Source: Eledone cirrhosa
Lineage: Eukaryota
Direction of reading: 5' to 3'
Length of the DNA stretch: 64,000 bases
Assembly: GCA_964016885.1 (NCBI GenBank)
Contig: OZ024755.1
Location: 8,990,001 to 9,054,000, forward strand
The notes under the pieces were generated by a model. That model had not been told where the DNA came from, searched no databases, and saw only the letters and a list, made by a program, of their open reading frames with translations. Each line of letters begins with the position of its first letter. The first letter of the stretch is position 1. A program made the position numbers and the translations under genes. Shown piece after piece: positions 1-12,293 of this stretch.

Positions 1-107
1 CTTACATGCTGGGAGAAGTGTACTTATTCTAAATTGGATATACACAGTTAATACATGTACATATCTTTTGTAAATTGTTGTTGAACCTAGTTCAGTCTCC
101 ATTAAGT

Positions 108-380
108 GGAGATGCATGGCTTAATGGTAAAGATGTTGGACTTACAATCATAATGTTGTGGGTTCGATTCTTGGATTGGGTTGTGTGTTGTGTTCTTGAG
201 CAAAACACTTCATTTCATGTTGTTCCATATACCCAGCTGAAAATGCGTACCACCAATAGCTGGGGGTTTAATCCTGCAATGGACTGGCATCCTGTCTGGT
301 GTGGAGGGGTTGTGAGGTCTCGGTCACTTAATGCCACAGAAACTGGGATAAGCACCGGCCTGATGAGCTGCCAGGCTTGA
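108..380 (+). mobile_element. tRNA-derived SINE (family B), intronic, CpG-decayed copy
   Basis: A-box-like TGGCTTAATGG, B-box-like GGTTCGATTC, then TGTGTTCTTGAGCAAAACACTTCATTTCA body; homologous to the copy at 46109-46370. Confidence 0.7.
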
Positions 381-518
381 GTCAGAGTTTCTTCTTTAGT
401 TTCGATTAAACAAACCTAAGATGGAAACTGTTCCAGCCATGACCAATCCTTTTATTTTTCAGACATAACTGTTATTTAAGATAATTTAGCTATTTTGTAT
501 TTTTTACTTTTATCTCAG

Positions 519-592
519 GATTTACTGAAACAAGTTCTTGAGGAGGATTTGGAGGCTATCATTCATTTTGGAAGAGTTTTCATGAAACCTGG
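519..592 (+). CDS. GPHN: Gephyrin (MoeA/E domain), internal exon [25 protein letters not shown]
   Basis: Polypyrimidine tract + CAG acceptor at 516-518, GT donor at 593; matches vertebrate gephyrin [25 protein letters not shown]; phase 2 joins the next exon in frame. Not in ORF track (too short). Confidence 0.95.
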
Positions 593-1009
593 GTAAATAC
601 ATTCTTTTATTTATTTAAGCAGTCAAAGAATATGGTGTTATTCTCTACAGCTAAAGGATATAAGATATAAAAAACTTAATGGAGGACCATATTGCTAGCA
701 GTTGTGTTATGAATGAAGCAAAAAGAAGACCCGCACTTAATACTGACAGCTGTCAAAACACTCAGTATATTGTTGCTGATTATAGAGATGTGGTTGTGTC
801 GTTCCAACTTGTACGACCTACACTATATATGTACAGCTAGATGTAATGGACTGGCGACATCTCTCTCACTTTCTTTATATATATCTCTGTCTAGCTTGTT
901 AATTGTGATGTAAGATCAATTGACCACTTTGTAGTACATAACTGGCTTGGTTCTTTCTTTGTCTCTTCAGCAACAGTCAAATTTTGTATGGATAAAAGAA
1001 GTTTGGTAA

Positions 1010-1325
1010 ATTGATAAAATACACTCAGTGCTCTCTTTAAATTGTTTATGTCAGTGCCTGCCACTATAAAATGTGCTGAGCACATGCTATAAAGAGTTAG
1101 TGTGGAGACACTAACAGCAGTGCTGGTGCCACGATAAAATCTCCCCAGTGTACTTTGTAAAGTGTTCGTGCTGGTGCCACAATAAAAGGCATCCAGTAAA
1201 TTCAGTAAAGTGGTAGGTTGGTGCCATGATATAATGCAGCAAGTACACTCTTGAAAGTGCTAGTTTTGCTCCACAATTATATGCTCATTGTTCACAGTGT
1301 AAAGTGGTAGTGCTGGTGCAATGAT
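1010..1325 (+). repeat. Degenerate tandem array (~45-50 bp unit, ~6 copies) in gephyrin intron
   Basis: Recurring (GC)TGGTGCCA..ATAAAA...CAGT...TAAAGTG motif near 1055, 1122, 1170, 1218 and 1312. Confidence 0.6.
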
Positions 1326-1649
1326 GAAATTGAGAAAGGGAACATATATTTTCAAAGAAATTGAAGAAAGGAAGAAAAGAAACATTAATTTTGTACATAT
1401 GCTCAGCAAATAACAATTACTTGTGTGCTTGCATGAGTGTATGCATGCCAGTATAGCATTACTTTTCTTCTCTGTCTCTCTCTGCTTATCGTGCCACTCA
1501 GTATGTTTACTCTTCATTTAACCCATATGTTAATTCTCTTGTTCTCTCTCTATCCCAGTCGTTATATGTTGTTAAATATGATATCAGACTAGCTTACCAA
1601 CATATATTAGGTAATGTATATTGGAGTTTCTTTTTTTTTTCTTTTGCAG

Positions 1650-1818
1650 GAAACCCACAACGTTTGCAACTATCGACACAAAACACGGAAGGAAACTAGT
1701 TTTTGGTCTTCCTGGAAACCCTGTCTCTGCAGTTGTCACGTGTAACCTGTTTGTGATTCCAGCCCTCTATCACATGTCTGGCTGTCCAACACCACGGAGA
1801 ACTGTTGTAAAAGCTAAA
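1650..1818 (+). CDS. GPHN: Gephyrin penultimate coding exon (KPTTFATID...[21 protein letters not shown]...VVKAK)
   Basis: T-tract + GCAG acceptor ending 1649, GT donor at 1819; MoeA signature LPGNPVS; frame continuous with both neighbouring exons. Confidence 0.96.
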
Positions 1819-2052
1819 GTACGGCCTGGCATTATTTTTATTTTATTTTATTGTTTTGTTTCTGATCTCTGCTTCTTGAATTACTGGTTTCTTATCACAT
1901 ATATTTCATATCCTCTCAATCATTGCTAAACTCACTCCTCCTCTTGTCAATCATATTGTCAACCCACCTCTAAGCATTACAGCACTAACCACTACATCAA
2001 ACCTTGCCTCCCTAAGTTTATTTCTTCTCATACTGTTTACCATCTCTTTTAG

Positions 2053-2307
2053 GTGGATCGGAATATCAAGTTGGACCCTCGACCTGAATATCACAGAGTT
2101 GTGTTGTCCTGGGGGCCTGGAGGAGTTGGAGATGATGACGGCCTACCTACAGCTTCCAGCACAGGCAACCAACAGAGCAGTCGCTTACTCAGCATGCAGT
2201 GTGCCAATGCACTGTTGGTTCTGCCACCACAAGCTGATGGCAGATCTATGGTCACAGAAGGAGAAGTTCTTGATGCACTTCTCATTGGCAACATAAGCTC
2301 TATATAA
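2053..2307 (+). CDS. GPHN: Gephyrin terminal coding exon (VDRNIKLDPRPEYHR...STGNQQSSRLLSM...ANALLVLPP...IGNISSI*)
   Basis: TTTTAG acceptor ending 2052, stop TAA 2305-2307; matches gephyrin C-terminus LDPRPEYHR and [24 protein letters not shown]. Confidence 0.96.
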   Translation: MDRNIKLDPRPEYHRVVLSWGPGGVGDDDGLPTASSTGNQQSSRLLSMQCANALLVLPPQADGRSMVTEGEVLDALLIGNISSI

Positions 2308-3727
2308 TTCTGACTTTCTTTATTTCTCTCTCTCTCTTTCTCTCCCTCTCTCTTACCTCTGTTCTGCCTCTCTCTCTTTCTACCTCTCCCCTGCCCCTTT
2401 AGCTCTTCACTCTACCTTTTCTCTCTACTTCTTCCCCTCCCCTCCCCGTCCTCATTCTTATCTTTCTTCTACCTCTCTTTCTCTAATACCTCATCATTTC
2501 TTTCTCCTCTTCACCTTGTTCTTTATCCTCTTTCATTTCCTTTCACCCTATATCTATTTCCTCACTATATATTCCCCCTCTCTCTGTCCCTCTCCCTCTC
2601 TCCCTCTGTCCTCCTCTCTGTTGAAATGAGAACTCACCAGACTAAATACCTTATGGTATGGGATTTAGTTACATCCTTCAATTACTCCATGAGATTGATG
2701 TTCTGTATACCAGTAATATACTGAGGATCAGTTCAGTTGACTATCTCTTGTCCCTATATATTTGTGCTAAATCAATATTATCTCAATGAATCAAATTCCC
2801 TCCATTTTCTCTCCTTCCCTCTCCCTCTCTCCCACACCCAATAAGTGCAATATAATGTTGTAGCATTGCTCAACTACCCACAACCTCTGTCATTGTCCCC
2901 TTTCTGCTGTCTTGATGATGATGATCTTACATCATACTCTCATGACCAATATTAGCTCATTATAATCCCACATTTTCACTCTATTACTCTTTCTCTTTGA
3001 TCGCTTTCTAACTCTAACAGTCTGTCTTTACATCTATCTACCTGTTTCTCTCTCTATCTCTCTCTCTCTCTCTATATATATATATACATATATATATATA
3101 TACACACACACACATATTTAATTCTCACTCTGACCCTCTCTTTAGCTCCCTGTATCTCTTTCAGTCTTTCTTATCCTTAATCCCTCTATCTCTCTCTAAC
3201 TCTATCTCTGCCTCAGAGACTCAGTGGTTTATATGTTGTCCCTCAATCTTCTAGAAATAGCAGCCAAATATCCCTCAACATCTTACCACCTTCAAAGAAA
3301 GAAAGATACATTGGACAATATATTCCAAAAAAAATGAATAATGTCCATGGATGGATTTCCACAGATCACAGATCTAATTGATTAGAGCTGATTTGGAGTT
3401 TAACAACAATCTCTATCTTATTGTCTTTCTCTTTCAATCTTTCTCTTTACTTATCTGCTTATCTGTCATTTTTTGTGGGGATGGGAGTTAATTTTTCTTC
3501 TAAGTTCTGCTACCTTCCATCCCTGTTTTGTCCCCTACTGTCTTTGTATATCCCCATCATCCTAAACTACTCAATTAAACCCACCTCCGTATAAAATATA
3601 TTTTCATCAAGTCCCACTGACATGAATTAGATGTCTTATTGAATCCAAAAATCAAAATAATACACAGTAAAATCAAAAACTGTAGGGTGCTGGCATTTGT
3701 TACAACACTGTAAAAAAATATTAAACT

Positions 3728-3962
3728 TTAACCCATTTTTTACCATATTTCTAATGAAATACACCCTATTTCAATTAATTAATGAAAAATTTTGAGCGAT
3801 TTACTACAATTATTATTTCATTATAAAGATAGAAACTTAATATATGGTTCTTATACAAAACTGTGTTAGAATATTTTAATTGAAATAGAACCTTTTAAAA
3901 TGGGTGGTTCTGTTTCACAGAATGAGAACCAGTTTTGTCCAGGTTGTTATAAAAAGGGTTAA
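3728..3962. mobile_element. piggyBac-like MITE (TTAA ends), family P1
   Basis: TTAA-CCCATTT...AAAAGGG-TTAA ends; internal homology with 4021-4230, 7776-8030 and 14239-14447. Confidence 0.75.
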
Positions 3963-4020
3963 TGTTTCCAAGATTTTCCTAGACATAAGTATTTTTCTTA
4001 TTCTTTATTAAATGTCCTAC

Positions 4021-4230
4021 TTAAACCCTTTACTGAAGATATCTCTCAAGAAATACACTCTTTTTCAATTAATTAATGAAGAATTTTGAGGGATTTAATA
4101 AAACTATTATTTCTTGAATTTCTGAGATAGTAACTTAACACAAGGTTTTTATATAAACTTATATAGGAAAATATTAAAATGGGTCATTATGTTTCAAAGG
4201 ATCAGTTTGGGTTGGTATCAAAAGGGTTAA
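4021..4230. mobile_element. piggyBac-like MITE family P1, second adjacent copy
   Basis: TTAAACCCTTT...GGTATCAAAAGGGTTAA; shares TTTCAATTAATTAATGAA and TTTTGAG.GATTTA with the upstream copy. Confidence 0.75.
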
Positions 4231-5452
4231 AATATTTAATAATTCTAGAAAATGATTCAAACACTGCTGAACAAGAGGTAAAGCTGCTGAGAAACCAAGA
4301 TTTTAATCCAGTTTCACTCCTGAGTTAAATCCTTCTCATTGCATGACCTATAACCTTGAAAAGTGTATGAATGTTTCAAAACCACATAACTTTCTTCATG
4401 CTGTTAGAAAATAGAGATTTCTATAGATTCAAAATAATTAAAAAATAATAAAAAAATTTGAATGAATCCAGAGCAGTAATAAACACACACATACACAATA
4501 ACCTGCTGACTGTTCTGTAAATTTTACTGAAATGATGATAAAACAGTTGCTATTTACACCCTTGTATATATATTCATACACACACACACACACATATATA
4601 TACATAAACAAAATTACCTTCTAACACATACATACACTAACGTATATACACAGGTACACTTACACAAATAAACAGACCAAAATAAACAAAGACAATCATG
4701 TTTTAAAAACATTAAAATCTGTCCCAAGTTTGGAAGCTCAACAAGTCAGAGCTTATCTCAGTTTCATTGGTGTAAAGTGACTGAGAGTATACGACTTTCT
4801 CCTGGACATGACACCAGTCCATTGTGGAGTTAATCCTCAGTTTCTGCTGCTTGTTGGTACTGATTTTCAGTTAACTGCAGCAATGGGAAATGAAGTGGTT
4901 TGCTGAAGAATACAACTTGCAGCCAACTCTAGGAATTGAACCCATATGATCACAATTATGAGCTCAACAACCTAACACTTAGATCGCGTGCCTTTATAAA
5001 AAGCTCCCTTTTCTTCTCTGTCTTCTGTTGCTCACTCTTTCATTAACACACATGTAGACATTCATGTATACACACTAACATATATACATACATACATTCA
5101 CATTGACACAGGAGTGTATTAAGTGGATGAAGCTAATTTTTATACACCTATGCAGGAATACATTAGTGTATGAATTCAAAGTTGATACACCGATACTCTC
5201 TACAAAAGAGATAAGATTGACAAACGCAGAACCTTCTTTTTGTTTCATGCATGGAATCGTAAGTGCCTAATTTATGATAGATTTATATAACAAATATATT
5301 TGTTTTATATTAAACTAATCACATTTCTTATATTATTTTTTCAAAAACAATACTGATTAAATATATGTGGAGATATTAGATGTAGGCAGCAATTTGAGAC
5401 AGAAAAGGAAAGTAAGCTAACTAACAGGATCTTAACCACACACATGTGTGTG

Positions 5453-5492
<40 letters not shown>

Positions 5493-5638
5493 CATAAATA
5501 TATGTATGTATGTATATGTATATATAATATATATATTTACATATATGTATGTATATGTATATATATATATATAATATATATATATATATACACACACACA
5601 TATATCTATGTGTATATATACATATATGTATGTATATG

Positions 5639-5725
<87 letters not shown>

Positions 5726-5889
5726 GATGCACACAAACACATGTATCATTTACTAGTTGTCTGCTAAATGATGGATGGTTTTGATCATATTAGCTAATGG
5801 GTTTATTTTTTCCTTTTACTGCCTCAGGCTTATAACTCCTAATATCATTTTACATTGAAAATATTTGTAGCTAATTAATTCATTGATTG

Positions 5890-5895
5890 AATAAA
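5890..5895 (+). terminator. Candidate polyadenylation signal for gephyrin
   Basis: AATAAA followed by a T/GT-rich stretch (TTTTGTCTGTTATTTT), near the end of the CpG-poor domain; other AATAAA sites exist upstream, so this is weak. Confidence 0.25.
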
Positions 5896-5975
5896 CTCTA
5901 CTACATGAATTGAGTACTTTTGTCTGTTATTTTACATTAAAATTGTCCAATGGTTGTTAACAGAGAAAGCAAACT

Positions 5976-6204
5976 TTAAGCCATTAGCATTTAAACCAGC
6001 TGTATCCAGCTAGAATTCTCTCACTTCTTTCTGTTGAAACCTGCCATAACTGGCCACTTATACTGATGTTAAGGTATTGTTCTCATAATAAATAATATCA
6101 AAATCTCATTGATTCGATATTATGTGAGATAACTATGTAAGGTAAAGCCTTTACCACAAAAATACAATAACATATATAGAGTAATGCAAATGCTAAAGGG
6201 TTAA
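5976..6204. mobile_element. piggyBac-like MITE (TTAA ends), family P2
   Basis: TTAAGCCATTAGCATTT...AAATGCTAAAGGGTTAA imperfect terminal inverted repeats. Confidence 0.6.
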
Positions 6205-6878
6205 ACAATGTCGATGAGGATGACAATGATGATGATGATGGTGGTAGTGCATGTGTGTAGAAGAATTGAACTCGCATCCTCACAATTGTAAATCAAACTC
6301 TCTAACCACTAAGCCACGTGCCTTCTAATAGGTTCTTAATTATATCTGAAGGGGTAATTGGAGATATATCATAAGTATTAGCTCAAACAGGAAAGAGATT
6401 CACTGTTTGATGTCGACATCACAAGCTATGATAATCATATCAAAACATTTTTTATTCATTTTTACTTTTTCCTTTTGAGCTTAGTTTCACATATCGTTAT
6501 CTTAGGCTGGAGAGATCGCAAATTCATGAGTCTGGTTTCCAGCAGTGGGTTGTGTCCTTGAGTAAGCCACTTAATTTCACATTGCTCTAGTCCGTTCAGT
6601 TGAGGAAAAGTTGAGTTGTACCTGTAATTCAATGAGCTGGCCTTGTTATACACTTCGTCATGCTGAATCTCCTTGAAAAGTATGTTAAGGTTTCACGTGT
6701 TTGTGAAATGCTCAGAGACTTGCACATTAGTTTACTGAGCTGGCTTTTCCATTGATCAAACAACTAGAGCATTCATCGTTAGAAGTGACGGAGGTCTGAG
6801 ACTTCAAGTTCACTCGCACTTACGAGGTATCTTGAACAAGTGTATCAGGTGAACTCAAGTGTTGTGAGTGAAATTATT

Positions 6879-7063
6879 TGTTTCTACTTTAGGCACAAGG
6901 CCAGCAATAACCCAGTTCATTACTGGTACATTATTTTATCGACCCCGTAAGGATGAAAGGCAAAGTCAACCACGGCGGGATTTGAATTCAGATCGTAATG
7001 GGACTTAACCATGCTTGAAAGCATGGCGTCCGACCCTCTACCGATACTGCCAATCCACCGCCT
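6879..7063 (-). mobile_element. Young tRNA-derived SINE (family A) with 19-bp target-site duplication
   Basis: Minus strand GGCGGTGGATTGGCAGTATCGGT (A box)...GAATTCAAATCC (B box); TSD TGTTGTGAGTGAAATTATT at 6860-6878 and 7064-7082. Confidence 0.9.
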
Positions 7064-7775
7064 TGTTGTGAGTGAAATTATTGTGAGACGGAAACTGCTT
7101 GGAAGCTCATCAGGTGGACTCCACATGTAATTCAAATGGTCAGACATGTTACACTGTATTGATGCCGAATCTCCCTGTCAGTGGAACAGTTAGCCACTTG
7201 CACCTTAAGTTATTCTGTTGATTGAACAAGTTTTGGAACCTCCATCGGGGAAACCGACGGAGAACCATTTTATTTCGAATCACACTAGAATCGATAACAG
7301 ATCGAAAACTTGTGTGGTATATATATATTTTTTTTTTTTTAGCCACCAGAAATTATGATGAATATCAAAAGAAAAAAAGTTATTATTTTTCATTCAGTTT
7401 CAAAATTTCCCAATATATTCTCCTATGAGGCTTACTGGAAGTATACGGTTGTGATATGAGGCATGAAAACGCCCAAATTAGTGTGCTTAAAATCTTTAAT
7501 CAAATTACTTATAATTATTGAGTAAACTGGGTTTATTTTAAATTATATAATTATAGTAAGATCAAATTGCTTCAAAATAAAAATTGATAAATTCTCATGA
7601 AAGTTTATCACGAGAGAAACTACTAGAAAACGAAATGTTATTGCTGAGAAAGACGTTTTGTTATATTTTCGTACAAAATCGAAAATTACAATTTTAGTGG
7701 ATTAAATCTAAATGTAAGAGGAAGCAGACGGAGGTTATGCAGAGACTTGAGAACTTCCAAATTCCATTGCATTAC

Positions 7776-8030
7776 TTAACCCTTTCCTTAACATATTTCT
7801 TATGAAAAATACGGTCTGTGATTTTCAAGTCATTTTGAAAATAATCAAAATTTTGGAGGGATTTAGTAATATAATTAATTTTCTCGTTATTAAGCTGGTG
7901 TCTGGCACATAACTTAAAGGTTCTTACATGAAAGCAGGATGGAAATTCTTTAGATAAATAGAAACGTTTAAAAATAAACGGCTTTGTATAATAGGGACGG
8001 TTTCAGACAGTTTGGTACCAAAAGGGTTAA
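7776..8030. mobile_element. piggyBac-like MITE family P1
   Basis: TTAACCCTTT...GGTACCAAAAGGGTTAA. Confidence 0.75.
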
Positions 8031-8638
8031 ACAGGATGTGAGTCATTGTGAAGTTTTCTTATCAAGTTTTGCCAGTTTCGTATTATTGATCAGACTAGCT
8101 AGGTTGAAGATCAGGGACTACAGACCTGTCAATTGTTTTTACCGAGTCACTGTACACTACTCCTGGAGAGCAGGCAATCAAACTGTTACATGTATTCAAT
8201 CGACGTCCTTCAAATGTTTCTCCCCCACAAAAAATGAAATAAAATAGATCAATATCAACTATGGAAGACCAACATCTGGATACATTGACTGAAAATGTGA
8301 TGGGGGAGGGGGTCATAAGGTTGAACGCTTTGAGCAATATCTGATATGAAAAACCAAGACGTGTTTATTGAAATCAGTAGTTTGACAGAATCAAAACAAA
8401 AGAAATGGAGAATGGTGGGGAGGCTACATCCTTGACTGGACGGTTAATATTAAATGTATGTCGCGGGCAAAATGCTGAAAATATTTCCACCGAGATACCC
8501 GGTGCATTAACCATTCCACCTCGTGATCCTCCTCCCCCGGGCGTAATGACCTCTCTATTTGGTGAAGGATGAAAATGGCTACTCAGGGATTGAGAATACC
8601 GGAGGCGTGACTTCGAACAATTTGACTGTTTTCTGTTG

Positions 8639-8674
<36 letters not shown>

Positions 8675-8957
8675 GAAAACGTTCTCCTTTACCACGGTCA
8701 CTGCAGAGGAAACAAGACTACATTGGTGTACTTGTGTCAGTGGCAACTGATAATGAAACTGAGTTTGTATATAATACCATTGGGACTTCGAACTGGACAA
8801 GGTAAATGAGAACGACATAAACGGGGAAGTAATATAACTGACGAAAATCTCAGACTAAAATAACCTAAAGAAAAGGTTTCCTAAAAGACTTAGAAGACAG
8901 AACAAGCATTGATAGGCTCGGAAAAAGCGCATAACTATGGTAGTGATGCAATTAATA

Positions 8958-9142
8958 ATTGTTTCTACTATTGGCACAAGGCCAGCAATTACTCAGTACA
9001 TTACTGGTATTTTATTTTATCGACCTCGTAAGGATGAAAGGCAAAGTTAACCTCGGCGGGATTTGAACTCAGAATGGCAAGGGCCGTAACTCTATACGTC
9101 AAAGCAAGGCGTCTGACCCTCTACTGATACTGCCAATTCACC
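8958..9142 (-). mobile_element. SINE family A
   Basis: Closely similar to 6879-7063 and 34574-34760. Confidence 0.85.
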
Positions 9143-11107
9143 AATAATGTTTGACAGCGTTAATGGGGAAAATAACTCATTAATATAAAGTGTATCGGAG
9201 CTAGAACGGATTATGGGAATTAGTGTATAACATGTTGAGTAACACACTAATGGGGAGTTCCGGTTTTCATTTCACTATTGTAGCGAGTTCAAGGTTATGG
9301 TTTTTTTCATATTTGCCACACAGCATAATAGAAAGCTGTAAGCTTTCTACTATATTATGTGACCTTATCAGGCAAAATTTTGATGGCTGATGTTACTATT
9401 CCAATGTAGATTAGAATACTGTGGTGAAACGCTAGTAGATAAATTCTATAAAGGGGTAGATATGAATTTTTTATAGTGTCGGATAAAATGCCATTGCAAT
9501 ATTTTTTCTGGTTCTTTACATTCTTAGTTCAAATCTTACCGAGGTCAACTTTGCTTTTCATCCTTCTAGAGTTGATAAAATAAAGTAGGAATTAAGTACT
9601 GGAGTTGATTTGATCAACTTTGCCCCTCCTCCGAATATGCTGGCTTTGTGTCTAAATTCGAAATCACTGTTACAATTTATTCTACAGATTACAAATATAA
9701 CCTCTATATTTATAAATTATCTTCGATGCTTAACGCTATTGGACTTAAACGTTTTACCACTGCGATCACTGCTAGCACCTGAGTATTTCAACCCCTAGAC
9801 TCGCTTTACAATGTGCACCTCCTTTATGTGCTTCATTCTCCCGAATAAAATAAGTTCCACTTACAGTTTGATACGCTGATATACTTTGTCTTTTAAACTA
9901 CTTACTTAAACCATACAAAAAAAAACATTACTAAGCCTGCATTTCTCACTACACAGTCCAAATTTCCCTACGTCAAATCATGTCACAGAACATAACACCA
10001 TGCGATGCTCTCCCCTGTTTTGGGATATTTTCACAACGTTTCTACGTGGCAAAGATATTAAATAATTTTTTTACTGTTTGTTGGAAACTATTATACATTT
10101 AATTTACATAAACAAATATTTAATTTATAAAACTGTGCTACATTAATGTATTATAATATTCTCCCTTTGAGGTGTGCGTCCTCGGTGACAGCCTAGTTGG
10201 TCTTAATAGTAGCACCAGCCCTCATTGTCATGCCTACGCAGCCCAATATTCTTAAGGAAAACAATGATCATAATCTCTATAACACAAGTGTAGTCTATTC
10301 TGAAATCAGTTATGCATGCATTCAAAATAAATATATAAACCTAACAGTTGTTATCAAATGTCAATGACTTTGCACTAAAATTTCTTACGTTGAACAAAAT
10401 GGAGGGAAGATGCATTACTATTGTTTAACATGTTTCAATCGGGGATTGCTGCTTGGACGTATATAGAAGACAGCTTTGTCTGTAATAATAATGTTGATGA
10501 TGATGATGATAACAATAACGAGGATCATGATTTTCATATGAGAAATGACTTGCTTTTCGGTTTTTAACTTAACGATTAGTATGCCGGTGTCGTATTCTAT
10601 GTGGTGTATATATATATGTGTGTGTGTGTGTGTGTATTTTCGTTTGGGTTTTATAATTCTATGTAAGCAACAATGCTTAATATACAATACATCTCTAGAC
10701 CTGATGGTATTGTTATAAACTGGCTTCCTAAACACAGAGCTCCGCATTTACTCGCCTCTTATTTACGGTTCACTTGTAAGAGACAAAAAGCAGATTTTCG
10801 CAGCTAGAATGCTTATGCTAACATAAAAATACATATGTGCATTTGTAGACGAATGCATAAAACGAATATCGTATTTTTACGTATGTCTGTATGTATTTAT
10901 ATGCCTGTGTATGTATTTTTATGTACTTATAGAGATTATTGTTATTAGTATATCTATGTATTTTCTTCTATTTTATGCGTACATACACATAAACACACAT
11001 GTGTGGATGTGGGTATCTGTGTGCATATATGTATATAAATACATACACACACATACGCACATTTATTCCTATATATAAACATGCATCCATTGTGTGCGTA
11101 TACACAT

Positions 11108-11160
<53 letters not shown>

Positions 11161-11176
11161 TATATATATATAAATG

Positions 11177-11215
<39 letters not shown>

Positions 11216-12070
11216 ATACACACATATGTATATGTGTGTGTGTGTGTTTGTATCTATGTACATATATGCACACATATATATATATGTGTGTGTAGATATA
11301 TTATTCCTCAAGTTGACTACTTTTGCATTATTTCAGTTTTCTCGCCGAAGAGGCATTCATGACATAACCCATAACACATAATACATCAACGAAGAATGAT
11401 TTTATTGCTAACGGAATTATCGTTAGCGTTCAACATGGAGTCGGCTGTAATAATGATATATTTACTTAATCCGACCTATTGATAGCTCTTTACTTTGTTC
11501 ATAATATTATTTACAAACATAATACCATCGAGTTCCTGTATACTCAAGCATTTTCAACAACCAAAGAAGATAGTTGACTCTGATATAACTGAAACTCGCG
11601 TAGTCAACGAAAACTATACTGGTTTACATCAATAAGATCTACACGAAATTGCGATGAGAAAAACATGGCGGATGTTATCAAAAGAATGTATATATGGCTG
11701 GATATATTACTGCGACACCCTTGAGAGTCCACCAGGAGTTAAAGACCAAGGATAAAGAAAACAGGATACCCACATATTCAGAGAAAACTAGAAGTATGTA
11801 TAGACTAGAAAGAGACACCTTGAATGAACTCGTATCACAAAAACATCACAGAAATATATAAGAACACCAACGGTGAAGCAAAGCCCCAAACATTTAAGTT
11901 AAAATGTGAGCCATATATCAACAACTTCTCCCCATAGTTGAATAAACATCAATAACCCAATTGATGGCACCATTAATTGCCACAATAGAGCTGAGATATA
12001 TGAGTTGGTTAGGTTATACCTCCTAGAAATGTTAAAAGCGAAATGTATATATAGAATGAAATATATATAT

Positions 12071-12217
12071 ATATTCATTTTATTAAGGCTGATGACACTG
12101 TGGAAAACAGGCGAAACTCCCCAGTAACGACATAATATTTAGCCTTAATAAAATGAATATTTATGCTCTATTTTGGTATTAAGTACTCTCTTCTTTCAGC
12201 CGTTAATTACACACGGA
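12071..12217 (+). mobile_element. Hammerhead-containing fold-back insertion in (TA)n (PLE pLTR-like)
   Basis: 20-bp perfect IR 12071-12090/12141-12160; CTGATGA 12089-12095, CTGT/ACAG stem, GAAACT-cccc-AGTA; 3' motif CTCTA..GTATTAAGTACTCT. Confidence 0.7.
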
Positions 12218-12246
12218 TATATATATATACACACATATATTTGTTA

Positions 12247-12293
<47 letters not shown>

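Noticed and set aside
1621-1929. ORF-track 102-aa protein as a standalone gene
   Set aside because: Only 1650-1818 is exon; the flanks are intron read-through
7149-7428. CpG-rich unique stretch with short ORFs as a possible first exon or promoter
   Set aside because: No recognisable protein, splice donor context or core promoter
8270-8930. Possible decayed LINE coding remnant
   Set aside because: Only vague motif resemblance; needs TBLASTN or HMM support
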